NCBI GenBank assembly: GCA_964016885.1
Contig: OZ024743.1
Span: forward strand, 111,352,001 to 111,416,000
From: Eledone cirrhosa
Taxonomy: Eukaryota
Direction: 5' to 3'
DNA: 64,000 bases
Of this stretch, positions 1-15,639 are shown in pieces; position 1 is the first letter of the stretch, and the number at the start of each line of letters is the position of its first letter. The notes below the pieces were generated by a model. The model was given only the letters and a program-made list of their open reading frames with translations. It ran no database searches and had not been told where the DNA came from. Position numbers and translations under genes: made by a program.

Positions 1-515
1 ATATATATATATATGTATATACATATATATATGTATGTGTGTGCGTATGTATGTGTGAGTGTGTGCGTGTGTGTGTATGCGCGCGTGTGTGTGTTTATAT
101 ACAGTTAGGATTAGATAGTCGTGATCTAAAATATTATAATCGTTATGTGGAAAACAATCTGAATATAAATTGAATTGGGAAAATGAACAATTGATGAAAT
201 AATGACACTAATAATAAGAAAACGCATTATATAAGTACATTTGAATTTTGTGAAGGAATTATATAGTAATCATTCTGATTTCTTTGTTTTTGTTATTTGT
301 TTATCCCTTTATCAATATATCTTTCGATGACGTGAAAGAATAATAGTAAACTAGTCAGTACAATGTCTTAGATTGTTTATCATAACGATAATATTAATCC
401 CAATAACAAATATTGATTTATAGTTTTTTCATAAAGCTTTAAATATGGGGGCGAGGTATTGTCGATTAAACGAATCACAGATATCAATTGGTTCTGTATT
501 CTTCCACCTCGTAAT

Positions 516-1471
516 TATTGATTTCTTGTATAGGCACAAGGCCAGTAATTTCGGAGGATGGGCAAAGTCAATTAAATCGACCCTGGTACGTTAATCCTGC
601 TTTATTTTATCGAACCCGTAAGGATGAAAGGAAAAGTTAAGCTCAGCGGGATTTGAACCCAGACCGTAAAGAACCGTAACTCTATGCTGCAAAGCATGTT
701 GTCCGTCTCCGTACCGATACTGCCAATCCACCTCGCAATTATTAAAATCAAAATTCACATTCGCAATATTCGGAACTCAAAACCTAAATTTCGGTAAATA
801 AATAGTCTATGTGCTGCTAGGGACTCTGATGTTCCAATAACAATTATTTCCAATTTAAGCACATGGCCAGCAATTTTTGGTAAGCGTAATGTCAATTTTG
901 TCGATACCAATAATTAACTCCTTGTTAATTTCAACCAGCTGCTAATGATAAAAGGCACAATTGACATAGCAGGATTTGAACTCAGAGCATAAAACGCCGT
1001 AATTAAATTCGGCGAAGCCATTTGTCTGACTCTATCCATTCCGCTAATCCACCATCATTTACCATTCCAAGCGGAATTCGTTGTAACATTAATAATTATT
1101 TCTTATTTTAGTACACGCCTGAAATATTAGCGGTGGGGGAGTCAATTACACCGAAACTAGTATGTGACTGGTACTTTATTTATCGAATCCGGAAACATGA
1201 AAAGCAAAGTTTACAAGGGCAGGAACAAATACCACAAATTATTTTATCCGATACTCTTAGTAGTTCACCCATTAACCCCTCTTTGCCGTAGCAATAATAA
1301 TTATTTCTACATTGGGCACAAGGCCTGCAATTACCCCTGCAGTCAGCATTTCTGGTGCTTTAGTTTATCGACCCCGTAAGGATGAAAGGCAATTTGAACC
1401 CGTAAAGGGCCATAACTCTATGCTGCAAAGCATAGTGTCTGACACTCTACCCACACTGCCAAACCACCGCC
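516..1471 (-). mobile_element. Head-to-tail cluster of ~4 tRNA-derived SINE copies
   Basis: Repeated reverse-strand motifs GGCACAAGGCC..TTTATCGACCCCGTAAGGATGAAAGG..GGATTTGAAC(C/T)CAG (B box)..TGCCAATCC (A-box head) at ~516-734, 843-1055, 1094-1278 and 1299-1471. Confidence 0.8.
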
Positions 1472-2610
1472 CTTATTATTGTCTTAGCAATAATAATGCC
1501 ATCATAATTTTTCATAAATAGCAAGCACTGTTCCATTTATCTCCTAAAATACCAGATAAATCTCTATTAAATTAATTCTCTACAAGTGTAACAATAATAT
1601 AATGACTATAGCGAAGGAGGAAAACATAGAGTAATGTGAAATGTACAAGAATTACCTCTGTATTATCTTTCTGGCTTGGGATAAATTTAGTGTCTGTATA
1701 CTTGCACTAAGATTTAAATTCTTATATGGCGTAATAGTATGTGGTGGCCTTAAACGTCTGCCTGATTTAGCACCACCACTTAGATCTTCTGTATCCTATG
1801 TGAAGTCCAATTTGTGACAAGCATTCGCTTCATGTCTTAGGTTTGACAATATCCCTCTCTTTCTTGTTCATTATTCTCTGAAGCCCTGTAAGAGGAATGA
1901 AAATCCCGTAACACTACCAGCAGTGAGGTGGGTGAGAATGGTACTACTAACTTTCATATTTCATGCTATTAGAATTAAATATATTTCTAAAGAGGATATG
2001 GAAGTTAGAATTAGCTTCATATATATGGGAAATATATCACTTAAACTTGCAGAATATTTTAGGTTTCATGGGCTAAAGATCGTCAAGTTTGTATAAGGCT
2101 GATAAATGGACCAGGCCAGATTAGAAATTTTGGCGCAGATCAGATGTTAAATGTAGGTTGGAAAGTCTGATAAATGGATCAGGTCAGCTCTGAAATTTAG
2201 GATGGAGATCTGGTAATAATCCAAAGCGCTTAAAATATAGCAATATAAATAGAAATACCCGTGTCTGAGAATTTTACTGTGGCACTTCTATTGCATTGTT
2301 TACTAAAATGTCCAATAAATGTGTCTGTTTGAGACATCATGTTTCATAAAAAAATATTCTGATAAGTGGGAAAATCTAAGACATTTAATCATACAATTTC
2401 TTCAAAAAGTATGTATACCTTAAAAATGCAAAGTTAGATGATTAGCAGTTAATATTCCAAAACATGGATAGGCATTTTTCAATGAACTTATATCACTTCC
2501 ATTTTAAATAAAATTCATTCTGATGATTGAAGGCAGACGACTGTGCCAAGCTCGTCTGTATGTGTGAAACCTTTGGTAAATTAAATAATTACCTTATGTT
2601 GTGTACTACT

Positions 2611-2680
<70 letters not shown>

Positions 2681-3977
2681 ATAAAAGAGAACACACAGGT
2701 AAGCAGTAAAAAAAGGATTTTATCCAGGTATTTACGTCCGTTTCATTGGTAAGAGCAACCTTATATCGCTATACTGCAAATACCAGCCACACGATAATAA
2801 CTGTTATTCACCTCCAAATTTTCAAAGTAATGAATAAGTTACTTGTAAAAGGTACTTAATATATAAAAAAACATTTTTGGGGAATCGTAACCGTACGTTG
2901 GGAACCGTCCAAGAAACTGGCTATCTTAACCACGAACTGGATTACGATAAGCAATTTTCCGTTTCCCTAACTGTATATATATACCTGTTTACAAATATGT
3001 TTCGTAATAGTCACTGTGTGTGTGTGTGTGTGTGTGTGGATGGGGGGGGGGGTATGTGTGTGCGTGTATCACACCCAGTGACTATTACGAAACATATTTG
3101 TAAATTTGTATCTCTGGACATATTCAAATGTAGAAAGAACACCATGAAGATGGAGTTTTCTGTATATTTTCCTCTGACTGCAGTTTTCATATTGTTATAT
3201 TAAATAATTCGAAAACACAAGAGACTCCTAGGCTGTTGTATAATTGTGTACTAATCAGCAAACAAACCTAAGAACAAAGAAGCCGTGTTTTCTTCACAAA
3301 TTCTCGGCTATGAACGAAACTTGATACTTTTTTAGGGAGATTTCACTGCCACTGCTAGACATTAATGTGGATGTTTATAAAATCCCTCAGTGGACCCAAA
3401 TTTTCCAATATATTATATTCATTAAATAAAAATGAAAATTTTGTGGAATGACCCAAATATTTATGGTGTTAGAAATATAAAATCGATACTAAATAAGTAT
3501 TCATTCAAATGAAGATTAGAAACATAATATATCACTTTCTAACAGTAATTGTTTACAAACATTTTCATATGCAAATTTCTATACAAAACATTGTAAACTA
3601 AATTATGTAGAGTGATACAGAAAGGAACAAAAATATATAATTCTTGTACGCTTATACACACCTTCACATAATCATACATAATCGAACCTATTCAAATATA
3701 AAACTGCAATGAATTTGCGTCTATATATGTATATATATATTTGTGTGTGCGTGCGTGTGTGTGTGAGAGAGTGCGTGTGTGTGTGCGTGTGGCTCGTCGC
3801 AAGTGTATGTGTATGTGTGCGTGTCCGTGTGCGTGTGCGTGTGTGTATGTTTCTATCTATCGATATGTTTCTCTCTCTCGCTCTTTGTCTCCCTCTCTCG
3901 CTCTTTGTCTCCCTCTCTCTCTATATATGTATATAATATATATATAATCATATATGTATAAATATAGACATGTCCAC

Positions 3978-4035
<58 letters not shown>

Positions 4036-4111
4036 GTATGGGGGTGAGTTAGTGCGTGTGATCGTGCATGTACATAAATGTATATACGTAATTACATATG
4101 CATGCATATAC

Positions 4112-4217
<106 letters not shown>

Positions 4218-4311
4218 ACATATACATATATATGCATGCATATATAATTACGAATATACAATTATATGTACACATATATATATATATATTATATATATAT
4301 ATATATATTAT

Positions 4312-4411
<100 letters not shown>

Positions 4412-5343
4412 ATACATTCATGCATATATAATTACGTATATACATTTATATGTGTGTGTACATTTGGATGTATGCACATAAAACTGCATGTATGTATACA
4501 TGCATGCAATTATGCATCAAGACTGAACTCATCTACTGCTATATATAAATTATTCAAAACTAAAACGTAAACAAAACACCATCTTTCTGTGTGTGTAAGT
4601 CTGTTTCTGTATCTTAACTTGCAAGTACGTTGACAAATATTCAAAAGGCAGAGGTATTTGTATCTAGATGCGGGGTGTGACTATACATATTTAATAGCCA
4701 GAAAGAAATATTTAATATATGAAAAATGAAAACTCAATAGAAACATAACAACACCCAATCAGTCGACAGGCGAAGATTTATGATTAAAGCAATTTAATTC
4801 GGCATTGTGACTATATATATGTGCGTATGTATGTATGTATGTATGTATGTATGTATGTATGTATGTATGTATGTATGTATGTATGTATGTATGTATGTAT
4901 GTATGTATAAGTGTATATATATAAACACACACATATATATATATATATATATAAGTATGTGTGTATGAAATGTTAGCATGCATTCACGTTAGTTTGATCT
5001 CTCTCTTTCTCTCTCTCTATATATATATGTGTGTATCTGTATGTGTGTGTGTGTGTGTGTGTGCACTAATATGAGTGCGAGTGTATATTTGTGTGATAAT
5101 ACATGTTTCTATGGGTTTATATGTAGAAATATCTAAAGTATCTGGGGTAGGTTGTCGATTCGAGACTGCTGAATACGCGTTTATGTAATAATATACGTTA
5201 CTTAATTCTCATGCATTTTAAAACGCATTATTGGAGTAGTAACGAAACCAAATCGTTAAATGTTATGAATGTATTACAGATATAGCAGTCTCATATAATT
5301 TTGTGCTTTGAATGTTAAGACGTTATCGCATTTGTATTAGTAA

Positions 5344-5866
5344 CTAGCATAATGGCCCGGCGTTGCTCGGGATTCTAAACATAAATTGGCATGTTTATTC
5401 CACCTTTCCCGTATGTTCACCAATTGATGCAGAAGTCCTAATAAAAATTGAAGTCGCCTTAGGTGAATAGGCAAATAATTTTCCATTAAGATTTTTCAAA
5501 AGCAGGTAATTGCGTTCCCTCTCTTTTTTGTTGTTGTTTTTGCTGCTGTCGAGCCTCGTGAAATAACTACGTTTGTTAATTCTTAGTCTTTCTTTTAGAT
5601 AGATACATAGATATAACGTTGCGCCCTTATAATGTCTGTCTGTATGTCTGGTGGGTGCATTTCGACATTATGACGTTGTGTATGTGTATATATATATATA
5701 TATATATGTATATATGGTGTGTGTACATATATATATATATATATAGTGTGTGTGTAACGTTTTTCGAAATATTTACTTCTGCGTACACAGATTGATTTTT
5801 TAGTTTCAGAAGATTCCGTTAAAGGTGAAAGCAGCGATTCTTTGCTTAAACTTTAATCTGTTATAT

Positions 5867-5944
<78 letters not shown>

Positions 5945-6107
5945 TTGAAAAATCTTAACGGAGTTTCAGAAGATCCCGTTAAGGGTGAAAGCACCGATTC
6001 TTTAATCTGTTATTTTAATAAATATTTCTCAACGGTTCTTATATATTTGATATATATTTATCCTTATCGAGCCCTCTTTGGATTTTAGTCTTCAAACCTA
6101 TTATTAT

Positions 6108-6144
<37 letters not shown>

Positions 6145-6840
6145 TATATTCGTGTACATATATGTTTGCATACACAATAACAAAATATAAACAAACGCAT
6201 TTATTTCACGAGGCTCGATAAGGATAAATATATATCAAATATATAAGAACCCTAGAGCAAATACCGAGCAACGCCGGGCCATTCTGCTAGTGTATATTAA
6301 AATAACAGATTAAGTGAAATAAATACGTTTGTTTATATTTTGTTATTGTGTATGCACAAATATCTGTACACGAATATATAATTATATATATATAATAAAA
6401 TAACAGATTAAAGAATCGCTGCTTTCACCCTTAACGGGATATTCTGAAACTAAACAAATTAATTTGTGAACGCAGAAGTAAATATTTCGGAAAACGTTAC
6501 GCACTATATATATACACACTCTATATATACATATACACACACACAGATAACGTCATAATGTCGTAATGCAGACAGTCAGGCATACAGAGAGATATTATAA
6601 GGGCCCGACGTTATAACTATGTATCTATCTAAAAAAACATACTAAGGAAAAGAGAGAGAGAGATCGCTAATCACCTAATGCGGCCACTAGGGCATTGAAA
6701 TATTCTTTGCTCAAAACACTCACGCGACCATAAGTATTACATGTGTAAACTTTGAAAATAATCGGTTGGGTGGTTCTCGAGTTTTAGGGAGTCAGACAGA
6801 CAGTCAGACCAACAGACATTCTCTGTTTTAGATATATAGA
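5344..6840 (-). mobile_element. Non-autonomous Helitron-like element with internal inverted duplications
   Basis: On minus it starts A|TCTATATATCTAAAACAGAGAATGTCTG followed by TCTG repeats. It ends CCCGAGCAACGCCGGG (hairpin)..CTAG|T at 5344. A second, plus-strand copy of the same 3' end lies at 6264-6290. Confidence 0.6.
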
Positions 6841-7166
6841 TATACTAGTGGGGACGTAAATGGTATGATTTTATTGAACAGCTACATACACAAACAACCC
6901 GGATTCTCTCGTATCATCCAGGAATTAAAATATCTTACCCTGCATTGTTTCTTGCCATATACATAAACATTTAAATATACAGCTACACTTATCTATGTTA
7001 TCTGAACAACTGATCGACGAGGGGAGCTGAGAATGTCTGTGCTATGTAAAAACTGGTGAAACCCATCTCACTCTATTCATGAACACAATCTATTTCTTCC
7101 AGAGAATAATGGCGAGACACGGATGAAAGTAAATATGGAAACATCACATACACAAACACGCATTCG

Positions 7167-7286
<120 letters not shown>

Positions 7287-7600
7287 AAGAGAGAATTATA
7301 TATATATTTATATATTGAGTGAGGGAGACAAAAATGGATAAATTTATAGATACATATAGAGATAGTTATAAATTTATAGATACAGATAGAGATAGTTATA
7401 TATATACATAGTTATATAGTTGTATATGAAAATAAACACTTGCATAAATATATTTATTTAGATAGTTTAAATATAGTGTGTGCGTGACTGTGTGTGTAAA
7501 CACGTTATAAACACGAAATAGTTTTACTGAATAGTGGGTCCGCAATATATACATATATATCCGTTTGAGCATATGGGTGTGTCTGTGTGCGTCTGTATAT

Positions 7601-7702
<102 letters not shown>

Positions 7703-8075
7703 TGTGTGTGTATATATATATAGAGAGAGTATTATATGTCACTTACAATATATAATGATTACACATTATATATCGAGCACAAGGAAGAGAAATCAGAAAA
7801 ATTCGGACACATTAGTGTCACGAGAGAACGTCTGGGAATGCCATATTTTTCAGGAAATCTGGCACATTTAATGAGGTTATAACAGAGATGTTGGTTTCCT
7901 GTGCTGACAATATCAGCCGCGAGTTGTTGTCAGAGTTGACAAGCCAGATGCCAAAGCTGTATGGAAATGAAAAGCACACACACTCACAAACGCGTATGTA
8001 CAGACAAAGAAACACAGACATACACACACATGTAGACACAAATAAATGCACACGCAAATAAATGCACACTCATTA

Positions 8076-8137
<62 letters not shown>

Positions 8138-8245
8138 ATATATATTCACACCGAGACATACACATTCTCACAATATACACAAATGTATACGTACATACAT
8201 TAAACATAGGAAAACGCAACTCTTTATAAAAATAGATTCATGTGC

Positions 8246-8319
<74 letters not shown>

Positions 8320-9909
8320 TTGTGTGTGTATGTGTGTATGTGTTTGTGTGTGTATGTGAGTATATATACCCACGCAATACACTACTATAATAATTAGGAA
8401 TTGCTGACAGGTGGAGAGCTAGATGGGACTGCATTTATTTTACTGATAGATTGACATGTGGATGACCGTCCATTAATCATGACCAACGCATATTGTAGTA
8501 AGATATTAGAAATGAGAATTTGTAATATAAAAGTATTTTTTAGTAAACTTATATAAGTGTTTCATTTATTTTGTTTTAGTTGGCATTTTGATTCATTTCG
8601 ACATTTATTTGTTTCAATTAGTATACCTCGTCGAAGCAAGACCATTACCTTGATTTAGTTGATCAAATCACACCCATTATTCTTTCCTATAAGCCTGGCT
8701 CGCATATATCGATATTTGTTTTCCAAAGAGCTTATCACAATCGTAAATACACAATCGCAAACATAAGCATGGATACATAAAAACAACTAGATACATGTCT
8801 ATATTTCATATAGAAGTGACTTCTATATAAAATTAAGTTGATTATACTCAACTTACATATTGGGTACCTTTTTAGACTATGGTTATTTCCCAATACCCAC
8901 CGGGAATCTAATATTCCCCTTTACCAAATTCCACACACATGACATTCGTCAACTCGATATTATATTTCAATTCGTCGCCATCCATTCCTCAGTATTTTCA
9001 AATACTCTATTCCTGACTATAATATTTGATTGTTGTTTTTAACATTCCAAATGAGAAGGCTGGGGTTCTTCCCATGAAGATTGTGCAATAAACACAATCG
9101 GTCCCACAGAGGCTCACTAATAAAGATCTACAAAATGTTGTGATATCAATCGCCGGCGTGAGTACTGCTTTACATTATATAACACCAGTAAAATACCATT
9201 TCACCTTAATCGACTTTCCACTCACCACAAAGTACCGACAAGTTTAAATTAGACATCCATAATCACAACGTGTATTATACAAATGATTTTGATTTGTTTG
9301 GTACTAAACGGAACCAGTCTTTATCTAAGATGTCGGCTTGTTAAACAAATATATACGTCACCCAACAGAATTATAGTGGAATTCGTGGAATAGGATTTAA
9401 ACAAGATTCACTTCTATAATACAATTTACTTTATAGTTGCATATTGAATAAGCATGACATATACTCCAAACAGGATGTATGACTGCATATTCTGAAAGCA
9501 GTTCTTTTAATTTTTTTCAATATCATTTTTATTTGTTGTTGCAGTGGCTTCTGTTGGTATCGCTGTTATTGTTGTTGCTTTAGTTAATAGTGGTGTTGTT
9601 AGTGTTTAGGCCCTGAGCAAAACTATCAAATCTATTAACGTCAATCATGCCTTAATAACACTTTCATTAAGTATCTCCTGGACAAATTTATCCCATGTTT
9701 CCTTGGATGGCAATTGGTAAAATTTCACATATTTGATCGCCAACTCTAACACTTTAGAACCCTCTGTATATATATATATATAGCTGTGGCGATGGAAACG
9801 GGGAGGCATGACCCCACCCCCCAATAATTATATTTAATTATATTTTTGTCACCAAACTACCAAAACACACATCTATTTTTATATGCGCTGCAATTTATGT
9901 AAATGTTGT

Positions 9910-11030
9910 GTAGAGATAGATGGGAGAGATAGAAATAGCTTTAGAAAGGGGGAGTGTTTAGTGGTAATTGATATAGAGAGGAAGGTTGGGAGAGTGTGTT
10001 GTATATTAGATATAGAGAGGGAGAGAGATTGATGTATATTGATATAGAGATAGTTATATGAAGAGAGTTCCATACAGTTAATTGAAATTGAGAGGGTGGA
10101 TTGGAAGAAAGTTTCGTCTAGGAGATATAGAGAGTTGGGAAAGTTTGGCGTGAATGAATATAGATAAATGCATTGGAAGAGAGTTCCATGTAGTAGATAT
10201 AGAGAGGGGGAGAGTTTGGTGCTAGGAGATTTCGAGAGGGAGATGAGAAGAGAGTTCCTTGTAGTCGATATATAGAGGGGGGAATTCCGTGATATAGACG
10301 TAGAGAGCGGGATAGTTTGGTGATAATTGACATAGAGAGGGAGATTGGAAGAGAGTGTTGTATGGTAGATATACGATGAGAGTTTGTTAGCGATGGATAG
10401 AGTGAGAGGGAATGAGAGAGAATGTTGAATTATACATATAAAGAGGGGAATAATTTGGTGGTAATTGATATAGTGACGTGTTTGGGAGCGAGTAAGATAT
10501 ATTAGATATAGATAGGGGGGAGAGATTGATGTTTATTGATATAGAGAGGTGTATTGGAAGAGAGTCCCGTGTAGTAGATATTGACAGGGGGACAGTTTGG
10601 TGCCAATTGATGGTTTGGTGCCAATTGACAGTTTGGTGCCAATATATAGAGGGTTTCGTATAGTAGATATAGAGAGGGGGATTGTCCTGTGTGAATTAAT
10701 ATAGAGAACGAGATTGGAGAAGAATTCTGTGAAGTAGACATAGAGAACAGGAGAGTTTGTTGTTAATTGATATTGAGAAGGGGGTTGGGAGAGTATGTTG
10801 TATCATTGATATAGGGAGGGGGAGAGATTGGTGGTAATAAAAGAGAGTGTTGTATGGTAGATATAGAGATGTGGATATATTTGTGATAATTGTTACAGAG
10901 ACGGGGGTTGGGAAAGCCACGCGTGTAGTAGATATAGTGAGGGGCAGAGATGGTGCTAATTGATATAGACTTTTGGGTTGGAAGAGATTTCTGTAGTATA
11001 TATATATATAGGAGATGAATAAATTGGTAT
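9910..11030. repeat. Degenerate purine-rich minisatellite (~30/60-bp units)
   Basis: Recurring GTAGATATAGAGAGGGGGAGAGTTTGGTG and TAATTGATATAGAGAGGGAGATTGGAAGAGAGT variants. Confidence 0.7.
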
Positions 11031-11121
11031 AAAACCAGTTCCTTACCAAATGCGAAGAAGCTCGATTTATGAACCCCTTAGGAAAGGGCAAACAGCATAT
11101 TTTTGTTTAATTATATATATA

Positions 11122-11367
11122 CAATGGCGGTGGAACTGGGGTGAGGGTGGCATGCCCTCCTCCCATAATAATATTTTCTCCCCAAACTACTAAAACACAC
11201 ATCTATCTGGATATGCGCTACAATTTATGTATATGTTATGTTTATCGCATATCGAAGATTTCTGAGAATGTTATAGTGTAAAGAGCAAAAATAATCACTA
11301 CAACAAAATTCTCCAAATGTCAGACCCCCCCCCCCAACCCAATTCAGAAATACTTCCACCACCCCTG
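11122..11367. mobile_element. MITE with CA(G)..CTG terminal inverted repeats (hAT-like)
   Basis: Starts CAATGGCGGTGGAA and ends TTCCACCACCCCTG (imperfect 14-bp TIR) in TA context. A truncated direct copy lies at ~9781-9910. Confidence 0.55.
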
Positions 11368-11419
11368 TCTATATATATATTTATGTTCATAATTATATAA
11401 GCGTGTTTACATTTATGAA

Positions 11420-11475
<56 letters not shown>

Positions 11476-12639
11476 AATATAAATTAGCGAGAATCGTTTT
11501 CAGCTCAGGAATTAACGAAAATCAACGTCTGATATGTGTGGCAAGCGCTCGATGAATCATATGAATCAGAGCTACAACATACGTTAAGGGCCAAACACAC
11601 TGAGATGATGGTTAAACATATCATCCGCACAGCCAAAAGAAAACGACCAAGTAATTCGGGTCAAACAATAAAAATATATGTGTTGGTACTTTCCCGGACC
11701 CTGGACTGATGGTAAAATCCAGTATTGGTTTCTGCGACTCTAAATCAGGTACTGTCCGCCTACATAAAGAATGTTGGGCTTCTGGTGAGATGATGAACAA
11801 GGCAGTCGTGTTATCAACGGGTTTTGCTCCAAGATGCTATAGATAGTGTGGCTATTACTGACCCCTCGTGGGATTCAGCAAGGGAGGTAACACCTCTATT
11901 AAGCGAATGATTCAGTTGTGTATTATTGCGAGAATGCAAAATATCACAAATCGAATAAAGCTCTCGACAGAATGGTTAAATATAACAGAGCTATTCAACA
12001 GTCAATATAAGTAACTGAAAAAATCAATAAAATTAACTGCTCAATAGCTAGACTCTGGAGATTAATACAATATATATATATATATATATGTATTTGTATA
12101 TATCTCAGGTCGCTCTTCGGCGCTATTGGTAACATGTAACCCAGTACAATCTGTGCATGACCGGGTCACCAGTTACTAAACGGGCAACCTATTCAAGCTT
12201 TTTTGGTGAGGAGGAAGGTTTTGGACACTCTGTGTGATGAAAAACAAAACCCGTCAAATGACGGAGTTACCAAGGAGAGTCAACGTCCATCCAATAAAGT
12301 ATATATATTTTCTATATGGCAGTTCAGTGAGAGACCTATAGTCTTCATTGAAACATCTCTCTACAAAGTCACTACGATATAAAAACTGCGACTTCGTTTG
12401 CAATCAATGCTGTAGATCAGTTGTAATTTTAGGTTAAACGCATTCGGTGTTCAGAGCAAAGCCTTTCCTCACTTAGAAAAGCTTCAAACACAGGCATCAA
12501 TTAATATGTGGCATCTGTTGATGCTCATGCTTAAGTATCAAGCTATAGCATTACTCGAAATCAAGTAACAGCCATAATTTGCACACACACACGCACACCA
12601 ACACACATTTATATATATATATATATATATAGTGACGAA

Positions 12640-14100
12640 ACATAAGTCAAATGCATGAACTCATAATCCTTAATTTACTGCTATATATTTTTCGACGATA
12701 ACCATTGAATGGCTATGACCTCATCAGGCGGTTAGTCAGTTCTTAGATAGGCCAGCTCTGTGTTTATAGTGTTGAGGGTATCAGAGCCTTGGGACATATG
12801 AGCTTGTTATGAATAATTTAATGTTGTCAGCAGGAATAGTCTTGATTCTCATTGGTCAGTTTGTAGATGGTAGTAGGGTTGGTATTTGACCTCAAAGAGG
12901 CAGTTGGTTTGTAAACTTCAAACCGTCAGGCAAAATGACAATAGTTCCATATGACTGATTTTCACAAAAGGAATTCCTTTAAGGTTAATAGTATGAAATA
13001 GATACTACAGGTCATTCTTAAATTGAGGAATGTATGTGGAGTGGTGCGACTGAAATTTATGGTTGGAGTAGAAAATTTACAAATAATAAGACTTATGTGG
13101 GAGGCCGTAACCGGGGTTTATCCATATAGCTTGAGGAAAGTTCCCGTCCTTAGGTGTCTGCAGGCACCGAATAAGTCTGTTTAATAGCTTGGTTCCGCCA
13201 TGAAGAATCTCGAGTGTCTCACTAAGACAGAGGTTGCAAATACCAGACCTGTCTCTGTCTGGGGAAACCTTTCTAACCACGGACCAGACCAGAGAGTGCG
13301 GGGTCTTTTTTCAAGTTTGAGCTTCCAGATCAATTCAGAAAGGGCCATACATTTCCTCTTATCTATTATGTTAAAGGAATGGCGATGGTTATACCACCAA
13401 TCTTTGAAGCTCTCTCGCTGTGGATCCTATGTAGTGGTGCTCCGAGTTAGGTGTTGTGACCTTGCACCTGTAGACCACGTGTTTCGTCATGCATTCATTA
13501 CTAAGGGGGCATAGTGGTGGGTCTCTACAATTACATGACTTCTTAAGCCCAGCCACATGTACCGCGTGGTTACCATCAATCGGGGTTGGCTGGGTAGCCT
13601 CCGCAATCAGCACAGGGTCGTTGGGTTCCGGTGTGCTAGTTGGGCCTGTCCGGGTTCCGTTGCGTCCCGCGTGTCGGTTCTGTTGGGTGGCTCCGGGGTT
13701 TACGGTGGTATTAGAGGCAGTGAGCCTATTCCTATTTATGCCAGCTATGTGCTGGGCTACGTAGCGTGTGGTTGAGTAGGAAAGTTTCACCGTGTGCCTG
13801 TTGAATAGTTTATGGTACTTGTGGGCCCTAGGGAAACATTTATCCAATACTCTAAAGAATGTTCTAGCCAGGCTGGTACGTAGACCCACCACGTACGGAG
13901 GGTTATACCATGTGACCTTCCTGGTCCTATTCTTGCGGGGTTATTGGGTGACCGCCGTGGGCCATCGCGTAGTTGTGCGCAGTTCAGGTCGAGCTCGGCT
14001 GGTGTCATTCGGGTGTGCGGAGCGGTCACTATCATGAGGGTTATATGGGCCCACCGTGGGGCTATAAACCTGCAAGGTGCGGCCTCCCAGCTGCTCAATT
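12640..14100 (-). mobile_element. 5'-truncated Penelope-like element: end of RT thumb, GIY-YIG endonuclease and 3' terminal repeat
   Basis: Translations TWYNPPY..RVLDKCFPRAHKYHKLFNRHTVKLSYS, CNCRDPPLCPLSNECMTKHVVYRC..HYIGST and CNLCLSE; frameshifted; flanked by (TA)n; hammerhead in the 3' part. Confidence 0.85.
12678..12735 (-). ncRNA. Type I hammerhead ribozyme motif in PLE 3' terminus
   Basis: Minus strand: aaccgc CTGATGA ggtc atagccat-tca-atggttat cgtc GAAA aatata TA gcagt. Core intact; stem I imperfect. Confidence 0.7.
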
Positions 14101-14101
14101 A

Positions 14102-14202
<101 letters not shown>

Positions 14203-14346
14203 CCTATATATGTATATATATACCTATATATATATAAGTTAGATTTCCGATATAAAAGACAGCGAGAAGCGAAAACCAACCAAACAGTGAGTGTGTTCTG
14301 TTATTAATTCTGACAATATTACACAAATATGACCCTCCCCAAGTAT

Positions 14347-14449
<103 letters not shown>

Positions 14450-14996
14450 GGTGTGTGTGTATAATTACACATAGTCCTATGCATAAACATAATTTTTTTC
14501 CTTAATATGTAGGCGAATATAAATAAGATAATGGATTCAATAAAATATCAATGTTTCTGGAAGAATATTACGAAGAATTGTATATAGACTCTAGGGGATC
14601 AATCGCAGATATAAATAAATAGTGCTGAGTATAGATGTCTTCTTTTAACCTGTATTTTTTTCATTTCGTACATGTAAGTATTTTATAGCCATTGCATGTT
14701 ACGAGAAATATCCTAATATGTTGTGTACGGCAAGAGAAATTATGATTTTTATAAATGTTTACCGATGTAAATTTATATGGGCATATATATACAAGTACAT
14801 ATATATATATATGTATGCATACATATAGGCACACATTTATATATAAAAGTACATATATGTGTATGCATACATGTAGGCACACATATATGCATGATTGAAC
14901 GTGTAAACTCCCACTTATGTATATATAGCTGTTGGAACGTCAAGAGCTCAGTCACTGGGGTCCCAATATTTTATTATATACACTCACACACATCGC

Positions 14997-15081
<85 letters not shown>

Positions 15082-15372
15082 TAAGTTTATCCCGGGTTCA
15101 ATCGGGGGTAATCACAGTAAAGTACTCTATAGATAGCAGAATATTAATATTTAAAATAGTAATGGCTTCTATACATATATATATATATATAAACGGAAAA
15201 AATGAAACGACATTTCATTTCCCACTCTTAGTACGGCTGTTACTTAAATATAAGTATGTATACGTACATACATATATGTATACAGAAGCACAGTAGTATG
15301 TATATATATATATATATACATACTACTGTGCGTTTGTATACATATATGTATGTACGTATACATACTTATATA

Positions 15373-15457
<85 letters not shown>

Positions 15458-15639
15458 CTGTGTGTGTGTGTGTGTGTGTGTTTATGAATGTATGTATCAA
15501 AGCAATTGCGTCTGCATGCATTTTGAGATATTTACTTCTGAAAAAATGTGTAACGTCGCGTTAAGTACAATCCAATAAACTCATGATGTGATGAACTTTT
15601 ATTTACATTAGTATAAATAAGATTACAAATGTGAAGGGA

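Noticed and set aside
2725-2790. Possible hammerhead (GGTATTT/AAATACC stem with GAAA on minus)
   Set aside because: No CUGANGA box.
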